Virus record (IMG/VR): IMGVR_UViG_2718217863_000003
Length of the DNA stretch: 42,690 nucleotides
From: a virus
Lineage: Duplodnaviria; Heunggongvirae; Uroviricota; Caudoviricetes
Direction: 5' to 3' (one strand)
Numbering within the stretch: the stretch's first letter is position 1; each line of letters starts with the position of its first letter. Of this stretch, positions 11,191 to 20,590 are shown one piece after another. The position numbers were made by a program, and so were the translations under genes. Below the pieces are notes generated by a model, which had not been told where the DNA came from, searched no databases, and was given only the letters and a program-made list of their open reading frames with translations.

Positions 11191-14100
11191 CCCTGCTGTC
11201 GATCAGATCCACCAGTCCCCTGGCTGAGCGCGCATCTATCTCGCCATTGCTCCCTTGATTCTGAATGCTGATGTGATACACGGGAGAATAAACAAATCCA
11301 CCGCCACCATTCACATCTCCAATGGCCCTGACCCCAAGAGAGCCGTCCGCTGCCCGTGTCAGTGGCATGATTGCTTCAGGCCCGGCCTCGCCCATCAACC
11401 CGGCCCCCTTCGCAAAAGCAAAATACGTCGGTGTATCCACAATAGTGTTACTGTAAGCACTCAGATTTGCCGATGTGTAAACACCACCTTTTGCGTTTGC
11501 CACTGCCCCCGAAATCCATCCGCCGACCGTACCAAGCCACCCTCCGGCACCGGAGAGTGATTTCAGTCCGTTAACAATGGCTGCATTCATCAGAATTTTT
11601 GAAACTTCCCGGAGAACTGAACTCCCCCAGTTCCTCCAGTCCACAACATTTCCGGCCAGTGCATCGGAAATATTTGATACCAGCCCGTCCATAGTGGAAA
11701 CGACAGCATCTGCCGCCTGCGAAGCATAATCGGTGGCACTGTCTGCCCAGTTGGTCAGCCCCTCCTGGAGTCCTGCATTCCAGTTATTACGTAAAGCATC
11801 GGCCTTTGCATAATAATCCTGCTGATCGCTGAGACGCTCTTCCAGATATTTTTTATTCAGTTCTTTCTCCTGTTTCCACAGGGCTTCTTCAATTTCTCCG
11901 GCCTGATACTGTCTCAGCAGCTCGTTATTTTTCTGCTCAAACTCATGCCGGATACTCCACATTTCCTGGAGTCGTTCACGCATCCGTGAGCCTTCACCAT
12001 ATCCCAGTAACTGCGCGTCGTTAGACGCCCGGGTACTGGCATTACTGTCCGCCAGGCTGCTTTCATACGCAGCAAGCTGCTCACGAATCTTTTTCTGGTC
12101 GATGAGTGCTGCATTCTGCAAAAGCGTTTTTTTCTGCGCTTCTGACAGGGTTGATAATTCGCCCTGACTGACCTGATATTTCATCTTAGCCAGTTCAGTA
12201 TTCTGCCCTGCCAGTGCTATCTGTTCTTTTTGCTGTTTAATCAGCCGTTTATAAATATCTTCTGTTTTTTCCGCTTCGGTCTTTTTATGCGCTTTGGGTT
12301 TATTTGCCTGGTTATTTCGCCAGGCATCCAGTGAGTTATTGATATAATTCTGTCTGGCTGTCTGATACGCCTCTCCCACAAAGCCAAGATCATCCGCAGC
12401 ATAGCCCAGTCGAGCACGCTCACGCGCTTCCCCCTTAAGGCGGGACAGAGCCAGTTCGCGCTTGCTGTTATTCAGTGCGGTCTGCTGTTTATCATCCAGG
12501 GTTGCCTGTGGTAGCCGTAACGGTACATTCACCAACCCCTGTCGCTGCTGAAGTAATTCATTACCAAGCCCAAGAAGGCGATTAAACTCGGTATGCTGCC
12601 CATTCATGATCAACAGGGACTGATACGCTTTGTTTTGTTCCGCCGCCTGTTGACGGATCAACGCAACCCGCCGCTCCTCCAGCCCGGCAAGCACATCCTG
12701 AATGGATTGCGCTTTGCCCTGCATTTGTGTGAGACGGGACTGTTCAACTGCCAGTTGATTTGTTGCTTCTGCAAGCCCTTCTGTGACTGTTTTTACCGAC
12801 GTCATGTGGTTAATCATAAAACCGTTATCGGTTGTCCAGCCCGGGTTTGCCAGCACATACTGATAGCCAGCAATTTTTTCCTGTAAGGATTTAATCTTAC
12901 TTTTCTGCTCGTCAATTAACCTGTTTTGCTCATCAAGTGCCTGCCGCGTCTTTTCCTCATTATCTGACGCTTCAGGAAGCGACATTGCCGACGTTTTCTG
13001 GCGAATTTCGTCGATTGTTGCGGCATACTGGCGTGCAGATTCTCTGGCCTGCTCCTGATTCTGATACATCGTGTACCAGGCCGTCGCCCCCAGCATGACG
13101 AGTCCCGGCACACCACCAACCAGCCCCAGCGCACCACTTAACAGACGACTCCCCACTGACGTGACAGTATTCAGCGTTGTCTGCGCCGCTGTTCTGGCCG
13201 CAATATTACGGGTAAGTGACGCCTGAGCAGCTGTCAGCTTCGCTTCTGCTGCGGCCTGCCTTTCGGTACCGCGAGCAGCAACAACCGCCTGTTGCGCACG
13301 ATAAACCGCCGCACGCGCTCTGGCGGTTGCTATCTGTGTCCCCCGAAGTTGCGCTTCAGCAAGAGCCACTTCGTTTCTGGCTGCAGTAATTAATCCGGCA
13401 GTTGCAGATCCAGCAGACGACGCCATATTGCCAAAATATCGGGCTACCCCGACGGCAACCAGTGCGCCAGCTGCAGCAGCCACGGTATCAATATTGTCTG
13501 CAACACCATTCAGCACACCGGAGAGTGTCTTTGTCACTCCGCTTGCCTCGTTCGCACCACCAACCCAGGCCATAAAGGCGTTTTCAACTTTGGTTGCAGA
13601 GGATGAAACAGTATCAGGCATTGCTGCATATTCATCACGCAACGCCCCAAGCTGACTAATCAGTGCAGGAACAACCTTATCGGCGGTCAGTTTTCCGTTA
13701 TCCGCCATGGCCTTCAGATCCTTACGGGCAACCCCCATTCCCGCAGCCAGCGCACGAATAACACGATCGCCGTTCTCATTCACCGAGTTAAACTCTTCAC
13801 CGCGCAGCACTCCCTGCGCCAGTGCCTGACTGAACTGCATGATCACCGAACTGGCTTCTGCTGTACTGGCACCGGATAATTTCAGGCCCGTGGAGATCGC
13901 CTCGGTGACTTTCAGTACCTCCTCAGAACTGTAACCATACTCCCGCATGGAAGCTGCAGAACGGGCAAAAAGGCTGGCGTTATCAGAAAACGCCGTCCCC
14001 GTTCTCTGGCTGATCGCCATTAATTCACGCTGTGATGCCTGAAAATCATCACTGGACTGTGAGGCCTGCTTCAGACGGGCATTTACTGAATTCCACTCAT

Positions 14101-14371
14101 CGGCGAGAGAAATAAGATGACCGGTAGCAAAAGCCCCGGCAAATGCCCCCGCCATATTCAGTGCCGAAGATTTAGCTGTATTTATCTGATCCGTCACTTC
14201 TGCCAGTGCACGCCGCATTTCACGGGAGGCAGCAGCAGACTGTTGGCCTCCGTTCTGCATGGTGCGGTAGTAATCCTGCCCCATACGCGAAGCCCGGGAG
14301 ATCTCTGACTGGAATGACCGGGAGTTTGCCGAGATTTTAATAATCAGTTCACGTAATGTCGCCACACTCAT
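11138..14371 (-). CDS. H: tail tape measure protein H
   Basis: 1077 aa, coiled-coil/Ala-rich, follows G-T chaperone genes. Confidence 0.9.
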   Translation of the reverse strand: MSVATLRELIIKISANSRSFQSEISRASRMGQDYYRTMQNGGQQSAAASREMRRALAEVTDQINTAKSSALNMAGAFAGAFATGHLISLADEWNSVNARLKQASQSSDDFQASQRELMAISQRTGTAFSDNASLFARSAASMREYGYSSEEVLKVTEAISTGLKLSGASTAEASSVIMQFSQALAQGVLRGEEFNSVNENGDRVIRALAAGMGVARKDLKAMADNGKLTADKVVPALISQLGALRDEYAAMPDTVSSSATKVENAFMAWVGGANEASGVTKTLSGVLNGVADNIDTVAAAAGALVAVGVARYFGNMASSAGSATAGLITAARNEVALAEAQLRGTQIATARARAAVYRAQQAVVAARGTERQAAAEAKLTAAQASLTRNIAARTAAQTTLNTVTSVGSRLLSGALGLVGGVPGLVMLGATAWYTMYQNQEQARESARQYAATIDEIRQKTSAMSLPEASDNEEKTRQALDEQNRLIDEQKSKIKSLQEKIAGYQYVLANPGWTTDNGFMINHMTSVKTVTEGLAEATNQLAVEQSRLTQMQGKAQSIQDVLAGLEERRVALIRQQAAEQNKAYQSLLIMNGQHTEFNRLLGLGNELLQQRQGLVNVPLRLPQATLDDKQQTALNNSKRELALSRLKGEARERARLGYAADDLGFVGEAYQTARQNYINNSLDAWRNNQANKPKAHKKTEAEKTEDIYKRLIKQQKEQIALAGQNTELAKMKYQVSQGELSTLSEAQKKTLLQNAALIDQKKIREQLAAYESSLADSNASTRASNDAQLLGYGEGSRMRERLQEMWSIRHEFEQKNNELLRQYQAGEIEEALWKQEKELNKKYLEERLSDQQDYYAKADALRNNWNAGLQEGLTNWADSATDYASQAADAVVSTMDGLVSNISDALAGNVVDWRNWGSSVLREVSKILMNAAIVNGLKSLSGAGGWLGTVGGWISGAVANAKGGVYTSANLSAYSNTIVDTPTYFAFAKGAGLMGEAGPEAIMPLTRAADGSLGVRAIGDVNGGGGFVYSPVYHISIQNQGSNGEIDARSARGLVDLIDSRVVSIMQSSRRDGGLYSA

Positions 14372-14411
14372 TCTCCGGACGAAAAAAAACCGCCGAAGCG
14401 GTTATGTTGAC

Positions 14412-15100
14412 TCACTGAGACACTATTAAAAGCGCGTTTTCCAGTCCGGCAAATGGATCTGAAGCGCCTTCTGTCTGCTCCTTCTCCCACTGAAGAAGCG
14501 CATCATTCAGTGACACTTTGACCCCCTGCGCACCGTAAATAGCTGAAACAATCTGGGCAGCCCGGAAATCAGCCCGTTCGTCCCCCAGCGGGCTGAACCT
14601 GTCAAATTCTGCCCACATCATGATTTCTGATGCGGACATTTCCCGGCGTAACTCTGACAATGTGCGCCCCATCCTGAGCGCCAGCATCATCAGAAAACGC
14701 ATCCCCGGAAGCGCTACTTTTTTTTAACCTCGCCGGCATCACTGATCAGTTCCAGAGACTGCCGAAGAAGCCGCGCATGCACCGGGCCATACACGGCAAT
14801 CACCTGTTCACGATCATCCTCTGAAAATACGGGTTGCAGTCCGGTATCACACAGAACATCAATGAACAGTTCAACATCTGCCTCCAGATTTCGGCGGGCG
14901 CGCTCCGCAACGGATAACGGTGTCTCATCATCTTTTGCTTTAACGATCTCCTGCCAGCGCAACCAGGCTTCTGCAGAAGGTTCCCGTAACACAACCGTTG
15001 CTCCCTCCCATTCAGGCACATCAACGGTTTTATGGCGAAACCCCGACATCGTTGCCAGTGCCAGATTACGGATATTTTTAGTCATCACATCCATCCTCAT
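14412..15100 (-). CDS. tail assembly chaperone G-T fusion made by programmed -1 frameshift
   Basis: T-frame ORF (track 14412..14702) is open back to slippery site A_AAA_AAG at end of G. Confidence 0.75.
14714..15100 (-). CDS. G: tail assembly chaperone G
   Basis: 128 aa, ends ...GEVKKK*; synteny between V and H. Confidence 0.85.
   Translation of the reverse strand: MRMDVMTKNIRNLALATMSGFRHKTVDVPEWEGATVVLREPSAEAWLRWQEIVKAKDDETPLSVAERARRNLEADVELFIDVLCDTGLQPVFSEDDREQVIAVYGPVHARLLRQSLELISDAGEVKKK
14717..14723 (-). promoter_or_regulatory. -1 ribosomal frameshift slippery heptamer A_AAA_AAG (G to GT)
   Basis: minus strand GTT AAA AAA AAG TAG; -1 frame continues ...VALPGMRFLMM. Confidence 0.75.
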
Positions 15101-15804
15101 TAACTGACGGTTACAGTGCAGGAAGTGGAGGTCACTTTGTTAACCGGGCTCGCTGAATCAGAAATCTCGCAGGTATACGCACCGGCATCACCGGATGCTG
15201 CTGATGCCTTACTGAACGTTGCCGCCGTCTGTCCGGAAACAGGAGAACCACCTTTTTTCCAGGCATAAGAATAAGGCGGCACACCACCCACAGCCTCAAC
15301 CGCCATTTCAAGTTTCGCTCCGGAAGCAACCCGCAGCGTGCTTTTTAAATCGACCTTCACTTTCAGCTGCTCTGTCGTCAGCACAGGCTTACCTTTCAGG
15401 CGCAGAGAAAACGTTGCAGCCACAACACCATTGGTTCCTGCAGACCAGGTATGCTGACGCACCTCTGCCATAAAGGTAAATCCGTTGCCTGACGGAAAAA
15501 TAACTTTAAAGCCATACGTGGTGTCATTGTCATAGGCACTGCGCAACGCGTTCTGGGCAGCATTCAGATAAAAGTTGCCTGACATGGAAATCTCTGAAGC
15601 AGCCCCAAGACCGTTAATATTTTCCTGCTCAACAGAATACAGCGTGGTGACATCAATATCCTGCTTTTGTCCTGCGGTAAACTGCACCTCTTTGATTGTA
15701 CAGCTCAGGCCAAGATAGCTGGCAGAATCCAGGGTTTCTGCTGTTACCGGTGCAGACGAAATCATAATTTTCGTCAGTTGCGAACGCTCAAAATTAGAGG
15801 ACAT
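15100..15804 (-). CDS. V: major tail protein V with C-terminal Ig-like domain
   Basis: 234 aa; synteny; C-terminal ...GGVPPYSYAWKKGG...AGAYTCEISD... Big_2-like. Confidence 0.85.
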   Translation of the reverse strand: MSSNFERSQLTKIMISSAPVTAETLDSASYLGLSCTIKEVQFTAGQKQDIDVTTLYSVEQENINGLGAASEISMSGNFYLNAAQNALRSAYDNDTTYGFKVIFPSGNGFTFMAEVRQHTWSAGTNGVVAATFSLRLKGKPVLTTEQLKVKVDLKSTLRVASGAKLEMAVEAVGGVPPYSYAWKKGGSPVSGQTAATFSKASAASGDAGAYTCEISDSASPVNKVTSTSCTVTVS

Positions 15805-15821
15805 ACTCGTCTCCTGAAAAT

Positions 15822-15843
15822 AAAAAAACCCGCCAGCGGCGGG
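15822..15843 (-). terminator. intrinsic terminator-like hairpin upstream of V
   Basis: minus-strand CCCGCC-GCT-GGCGGG followed by TTTTTTTA. Confidence 0.55.
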
Positions 15844-15864
15844 TGGGTAAAATCATTAATGACC

Positions 15865-16209
15865 TCAGGCTATTACCTGGAATTCAAGCGTGGCTCTGCT
15901 CAGACGGGAGTCAGGATCATAACCCTGCGTTTTAGAAATAACGGAGGGTGCCAGTTTTCTTACCGCATCAAGCGCCTGCTCACGAATATTATCTGCGTCA
16001 TCAGGTACTGTCGCCCAGACATCGATCTGCACGGTAATTCTGGATTCAGCCTGCCCATCAAGCACATCAGATACCGTGTCAGACACCACAGAAAACACCA
16101 GCCACGGCGGAGATACTGCAGGCTTTCCCTCCGTCAGCGGGACCACATAAGGATAAACCTGTCCTCCGGCCAGCTGAGACAACAGGGAATACAGTGTGCC
16201 CTCCCTCAT
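15865..16209 (-). CDS. tail terminator / tail component protein (U-like)
   Basis: 114 aa, position immediately upstream of major tail gene. Confidence 0.55.
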   Translation of the reverse strand: MREGTLYSLLSQLAGGQVYPYVVPLTEGKPAVSPPWLVFSVVSDTVSDVLDGQAESRITVQIDVWATVPDDADNIREQALDAVRKLAPSVISKTQGYDPDSRLSRATLEFQVIA

Positions 16210-16655
16210 TTACTTAAGACCTCATCAATAGCCTGATTCATTCGCTGTATGGCAACCTGCGCCGCCAGCTCCTCTGTCGTATCGAAAGCCGGGCGAATGA
16301 ATGGATGCGCGGGCATGTTTATCGTTCCCAGCTCCACAAAGCGCCAGTAAAATGCATTTCGGGGATCGCTGGCTTTCATGCTGTTATCACTGTTTCCGGT
16401 TCGCAGGTTCCGTCCGCGAATGTGGACACCCGAGATAATTTCCCCCCGACGCTTTGAACGCTGAGTGAGAACAACCACATTTTTCTTCAGTTTCCCGGTT
16501 CGCTCCGGCGCACGTTCAACAACTGCATCCCGCATAACTTCAGCACCGGCACGGGTGGCATCGCGCAGAACCTTATTGTTTTCTGCCCTGCTGAGCGTCT
16601 CCAAATCCCGTGCAATATCCGCCAGGCCGGAAAAATCAAGACTGAAATCCATCAC
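16206..16655 (-). CDS. HK97 gp10-like tail completion protein
   Basis: 149 aa; synteny in head-tail joining module. Confidence 0.55.
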   Translation of the reverse strand: MMDFSLDFSGLADIARDLETLSRAENNKVLRDATRAGAEVMRDAVVERAPERTGKLKKNVVVLTQRSKRRGEIISGVHIRGRNLRTGNSDNSMKASDPRNAFYWRFVELGTINMPAHPFIRPAFDTTEELAAQVAIQRMNQAIDEVLSK

Positions 16656-16990
16656 ACATTCCCCTTCAGGCTGCAGAGTATTTCAAGCCGGGTAGCGCGT
16701 GCATCCGGTATTGGTGGACCTTCTATACCCAGAATGGCCCCTTTAAATGCACCGGTCAGCACTTTCAGACGTGAAGTCGCTGTCACATCGCGCCGGAATC
16801 TCATCCAGACTCTGACCGTAGCCTGAGCGGTTTCTGCTCCGCCTGAGATTATCTCCCTCCCGCTGATACCCTTAACTTCTGCCCATACGGTAGCTCCCTC
16901 CGTCACCGTCTCCACCGGATGCCCTGACGGAGAGCGGGCGGTGGTGACATTCAGAATAATTACGCGATCACGTAATCTGCCCGCCTGCAT
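16652..16990 (-). CDS. head-tail adaptor / head closure protein
   Basis: 112 aa; synteny. Confidence 0.55.
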   Translation of the reverse strand: MQAGRLRDRVIILNVTTARSPSGHPVETVTEGATVWAEVKGISGREIISGGAETAQATVRVWMRFRRDVTATSRLKVLTGAFKGAILGIEGPPIPDARATRLEILCSLKGNV

Positions 16991-16998
16991 GTCTCCTC

Positions 16999-17316
16999 CT
17001 ACAAAGGAATAAAACGATAAGGCTCCAGCAGAGAAGAAAAACCAAACGGGACTGGTGCCTTACTGACATCTGAGGAATTTTCCCGGTTTTCGCACCAGTG
17101 CCCGACCAGCAACATGAGCGCCAGCAAAACATCATCAGCTATAAGCACCCCTTCAGGATCACCTTCCGGCACCGTCTCCTCATAAAGCTTACGGTTGATA
17201 AAATTTTCTGCCTTGCGGCAGGCAGCCCGGAAATACAGCATCAGTAACTCATCATCAGTTGCATCATCTGTATCAATACGGCACTGCGCCCTGAGTTTTT
17301 CCACTATTGCTGCCAT
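16999..17316 (-). CDS. head-tail connector (gp6-like); start revised to internal ATG with GGAG RBS
   Basis: track ORF 16999..17496 overlaps capsid gene and terminator; internal MAAIVEKLRAQ... start. Confidence 0.6.
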   Translation of the reverse strand: MAAIVEKLRAQCRIDTDDATDDELLMLYFRAACRKAENFINRKLYEETVPEGDPEGVLIADDVLLALMLLVGHWCENRENSSDVSKAPVPFGFSSLLEPYRFIPL

Positions 17317-17350
17317 CAGAAACTCCTGCCCGCAACACTGTGCGGGCATA

Positions 17351-17372
17351 AAAAAACCGCGTCGGCGCGGTC
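17351..17372 (-). terminator. intrinsic terminator after major capsid gene
   Basis: minus-strand ACCGCG-CCGA-CGCGGT followed by TTTTTTT. Confidence 0.8.
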
Positions 17373-17392
17373 TGTAACTGAACAACGAGTGG

Positions 17393-18610
17393 TTATTTGC
17401 CAGTGAGCGCCTTGATGGCTGCCACATCTTCCAGCACACAGTCAAAACGATGGAAAGCCAGAAATGCCACCTGATCAAACTCAGCATAACGCTCAACCAG
17501 ACGTTTCAGTTCCATATAAGTAACGCGGCGAATGATAAAGCGGTTGAAATCCCCCAGGAAAATGAATTTTTTTCCAGTACCAATCCCGTCAATAGCCTGA
17601 TCAATAACATAAGGGATCCCCAGCACAGTAGCCGGCGTACCGCCTGCAATATCCGGCAGCCATAACGGGCGTTTCTGTCCATCCTCCATCTCTTCAATAG
17701 TCTGCAATGTGGCATCATTGAATGCCCAGCGGTATTTCGGCCCACCACGATATGCCGGATCAATGGCATGTTTCAGGGCATTCATTTCTTTCCAGGTGAA
17801 AGCGGCAGAGGCTGCAGTCTGGATGGTTCCCGTCACCGACGCTGCCAGCCCTTTTGGCTGTAACGGTGATCCCGTTCCGGTCCCCTGAACCAGATATTTT
17901 GCCTCTCCACGACCAATACGCTGGGCAATACGGTTTGCCAGATAAGATTCAATATCCACCCCACTGTCCTGGAGCAGCTCATTGGACACACGAATTATTT
18001 TTGATGACAGCTTTTTAGCCCCCAGAATAGCGGTCCCGAACGTCACATCCTGTTCCGTTGCGGCTGTATTTTCCGCCAGCAGTTCGCCCTCTTCAGTCGT
18101 GCCATCAGACGTTGACCAGGTGATATCCTGCCCGGTTGATGTGGTCAGAAGTTGCGCCACACTGGCAATCCCGCCATAAGCCTTCATGGTGTCAATGATT
18201 TTGTTACGCATCTGCGTGGGCACCGTATATCCGCCCTGAGAATCCGTTGTTACACTCTGAGCCCGCAGTTCACGCATCAGATTACGCTCTTCAGCATTCA
18301 GTTCTGCAAATCCGGCACGCAGAAAACGGTTAAATGCCGCAGCACGCTTCTCTTCCACCGCCTTTTTCCCGTTCTCCGCCTCATTATTCTGGCGCTCTTC
18401 CGGCCCGGACTCATCCACATATGCCTGATCCTGACGGCGCAACTCTTCTTCACGGGCGATTTGCTCATCCAGCGCATCCAGCTCAGCTTTCGCCCTGTTC
18501 CACTCTGCCCGTTGCTCATCAGTCCATGCGTTATCACCAATTTTTTCATGCAGTGCACGCATATCCTTTGCAATGGTGTTTCGTTTTTGCTTCATCTCAT
18601 GAAGTTTCAT
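17393..18610 (-). CDS. major capsid protein, HK97-like with N-terminal delta (scaffold) domain
   Basis: 405 aa; N-terminal coiled coil MKLHEMKQKRNTIAKDMRALHEK...; follows prohead protease. Confidence 0.9.
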   Translation of the reverse strand: MKLHEMKQKRNTIAKDMRALHEKIGDNAWTDEQRAEWNRAKAELDALDEQIAREEELRRQDQAYVDESGPEERQNNEAENGKKAVEEKRAAAFNRFLRAGFAELNAEERNLMRELRAQSVTTDSQGGYTVPTQMRNKIIDTMKAYGGIASVAQLLTTSTGQDITWSTSDGTTEEGELLAENTAATEQDVTFGTAILGAKKLSSKIIRVSNELLQDSGVDIESYLANRIAQRIGRGEAKYLVQGTGTGSPLQPKGLAASVTGTIQTAASAAFTWKEMNALKHAIDPAYRGGPKYRWAFNDATLQTIEEMEDGQKRPLWLPDIAGGTPATVLGIPYVIDQAIDGIGTGKKFIFLGDFNRFIIRRVTYMELKRLVERYAEFDQVAFLAFHRFDCVLEDVAAIKALTGK

Positions 18611-18624
18611 CGTCAGTAGTATCC

Positions 18625-19224
18625 TTATGCATTAAGAAGGGTCAAAAGGCGCTCACGCGCCATTCGTTCATTAACAGCTTTCTTCAGCGCACCACTCGCC
18701 CGCGCTTCCTGCCAGGCTTTCATTGAGCGGACACCGGAGTCTGCGTCCTGATAGGCCGGATATGTCACCGGGCTGACGTCATACAGACGAGAAATGCGCG
18801 TGATTTCCCGGATAACAATCCCCTCGTCGTCTTCATACCAGCTCTCTCCGTCACGGGCGACACGAAACGCGAACGAGGACTGGTTAATGTCACCACGCAA
18901 CATTGGAGACAGCACCAGGTCACAAATAGTCGGAGTATCCGGTGCAACAATGTCATAACGTAAACCGCGTTCATCCACCGACAATGACAATGTGCCGGCA
19001 GAACTTCGTCCGAGAATGAAATTAGGATCATGATTAAACAAGCCACGTACATCATCATTCAGTACATCATCAAAAGCCCCCGGCTTGATGATTTCACGAA
19101 ATCCCCACAGAGGTTCTGAACGACTGTTAAATACCGAGCCATACCCCAGAATGTGGGTCGGGGCATTATCATATTGTTCCGCCCGCACCTCCCCGCTGTA
19201 ACAGCGCGTTTCACGGTCATTCAT
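18625..19224 (-). CDS. prohead maturation protease (HK97 family)
   Basis: 199 aa; ...GYGSVFNSRSEPLWGFREIIKPGAFDD...; synteny. Confidence 0.85.
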   Translation of the reverse strand: MNDRETRCYSGEVRAEQYDNAPTHILGYGSVFNSRSEPLWGFREIIKPGAFDDVLNDDVRGLFNHDPNFILGRSSAGTLSLSVDERGLRYDIVAPDTPTICDLVLSPMLRGDINQSSFAFRVARDGESWYEDDEGIVIREITRISRLYDVSPVTYPAYQDADSGVRSMKAWQEARASGALKKAVNERMARERLLTLLNA

Positions 19225-20443
19225 CGTTCTTTTCCTCTTTGCCTTTCGTATCTTTAAAGTTATTCAACGGATTTGCTGCATTTACGCTGACCAGCATTTC
19301 ATCCAGACCGTCAACCGGGTTCATATCCTCAAATGCCCTGGCTTCATTCCGACTCATCCAGCCATCTGTAATGGCAAAGTGATAGAACTGCGCACGCTCC
19401 TGTGGGGTCCCACGGAGCAACCCCGTGAGGTTAAAACGAACGTAATACCCGGCAGCCCGTTCTGTACGGGTAAACAGGCGACGGTTAAGCTCCTGCTCCC
19501 AGTTCGCAACCCAGGGCATCATCGTGTAGCGAACAAACTGAATCGCCTGCTGCGTAATATTCGAAAATGTGGCTTTTTCCAGGTCATTAATCATGTGCGC
19601 CGGGACATTAAAAATCCCTGCAATCATCGACCTGTTCAGCTTGGTCATATCAATGATCTGAGCATCCACCGGAGAAACTGTCAGAGCGCGGTAATCCAGT
19701 TGCGCAGGCAACAGCATGGTTTTATTTTCCTGGCTGCGAAGCGCTGTCACCGCCCGCTGCCACATATTTTTAAGCCTGCCCCAGCTCTGTTCGTTCAGTT
19801 CATTTTTCACAGAAATAATACCGGCAGGACGGGCATTACCGTTAAAAAAGGCGCTGGTATACTGCTGGCCACTCATTCCCATACCAATGGTTTCAGCATG
19901 CTGCATGATCGGGCTCAGTCCCATTTTCTGATTGTTTCCCAGCGCCCTGATATGGATCATGTCGTCCGGACTTACCGCAAATGCACCCTCTTCGTTATAC
20001 ACCCCGTAAGTATGACGCCCACCGGTGTTAAGTAACGTGGTTTCCCATGGCATACAGCATTCAAGGCTGGTAACCTCTCCACGACGATTACGTTTTACCC
20101 ACGTATAACCATTGCCCCACCCCAGCACATGACGCTGCTTCAGTTCCCGCCACTTATAGCTGGTCTGCCAGGCATTAGGTTCATCATGAACGAGCCAGAA
20201 CAACGGATGATCGCGTGCAGGCTGAACATGCTCATTCGTTTTTCGCATCACATGCAGGGGCATCTGAGCCACACTGGATGAAATAACATAAATACAGGCA
20301 TAGACAGCAGCCAGCTTCATGGATGTTTCCGGACTGACATACACATCCCGGGCAAAAATATTATCCGTCTCAGCGGCCTCTCCGGTTACCGGAACCGAGG
20401 GATTTTCCAGAGACTCACTGCGAAACAGAGCATCAAGAAGCAT
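19217..20443 (-). CDS. portal protein (HK97 family)
   Basis: 408 aa; synteny between terminase and protease. Confidence 0.85.
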   Translation of the reverse strand: MLLDALFRSESLENPSVPVTGEAAETDNIFARDVYVSPETSMKLAAVYACIYVISSSVAQMPLHVMRKTNEHVQPARDHPLFWLVHDEPNAWQTSYKWRELKQRHVLGWGNGYTWVKRNRRGEVTSLECCMPWETTLLNTGGRHTYGVYNEEGAFAVSPDDMIHIRALGNNQKMGLSPIMQHAETIGMGMSGQQYTSAFFNGNARPAGIISVKNELNEQSWGRLKNMWQRAVTALRSQENKTMLLPAQLDYRALTVSPVDAQIIDMTKLNRSMIAGIFNVPAHMINDLEKATFSNITQQAIQFVRYTMMPWVANWEQELNRRLFTRTERAAGYYVRFNLTGLLRGTPQERAQFYHFAITDGWMSRNEARAFEDMNPVDGLDEMLVSVNAANPLNNFKDTKGKEEKNDE

Positions 20444-20573
20444 GTTTTCTCCTCATGGACACTACCAGTGCATAAAGCAGCAACAAACAGCCCGACAGCA
20501 TCAGAGACGCTGGCAGACCTGCATACAGATAAACGCCAGCAGTGAGCAAACCGAAACCGATCAGCCCGGTCAT
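20433..20573 (-). CDS. possible small hydrophobic protein (46 aa) between terminase and portal
   Basis: ATG ORF MTGLIGFGLLTAGVYLYAGLPASLMLSGCLLLLYALVVSMRRKHAS; weak RBS; below track cutoff. Confidence 0.25.
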   Translation of the reverse strand: MTGLIGFGLLTAGVYLYAGLPASLMLSGCLLLLYALVVSMRRKHAS

Positions 20574-20590
20574 ATCAGTAATAAGCTGTT

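Noticed and set aside
19379-20035. 218-aa plus-strand ORF
   Set aside because: Antisense within the portal gene
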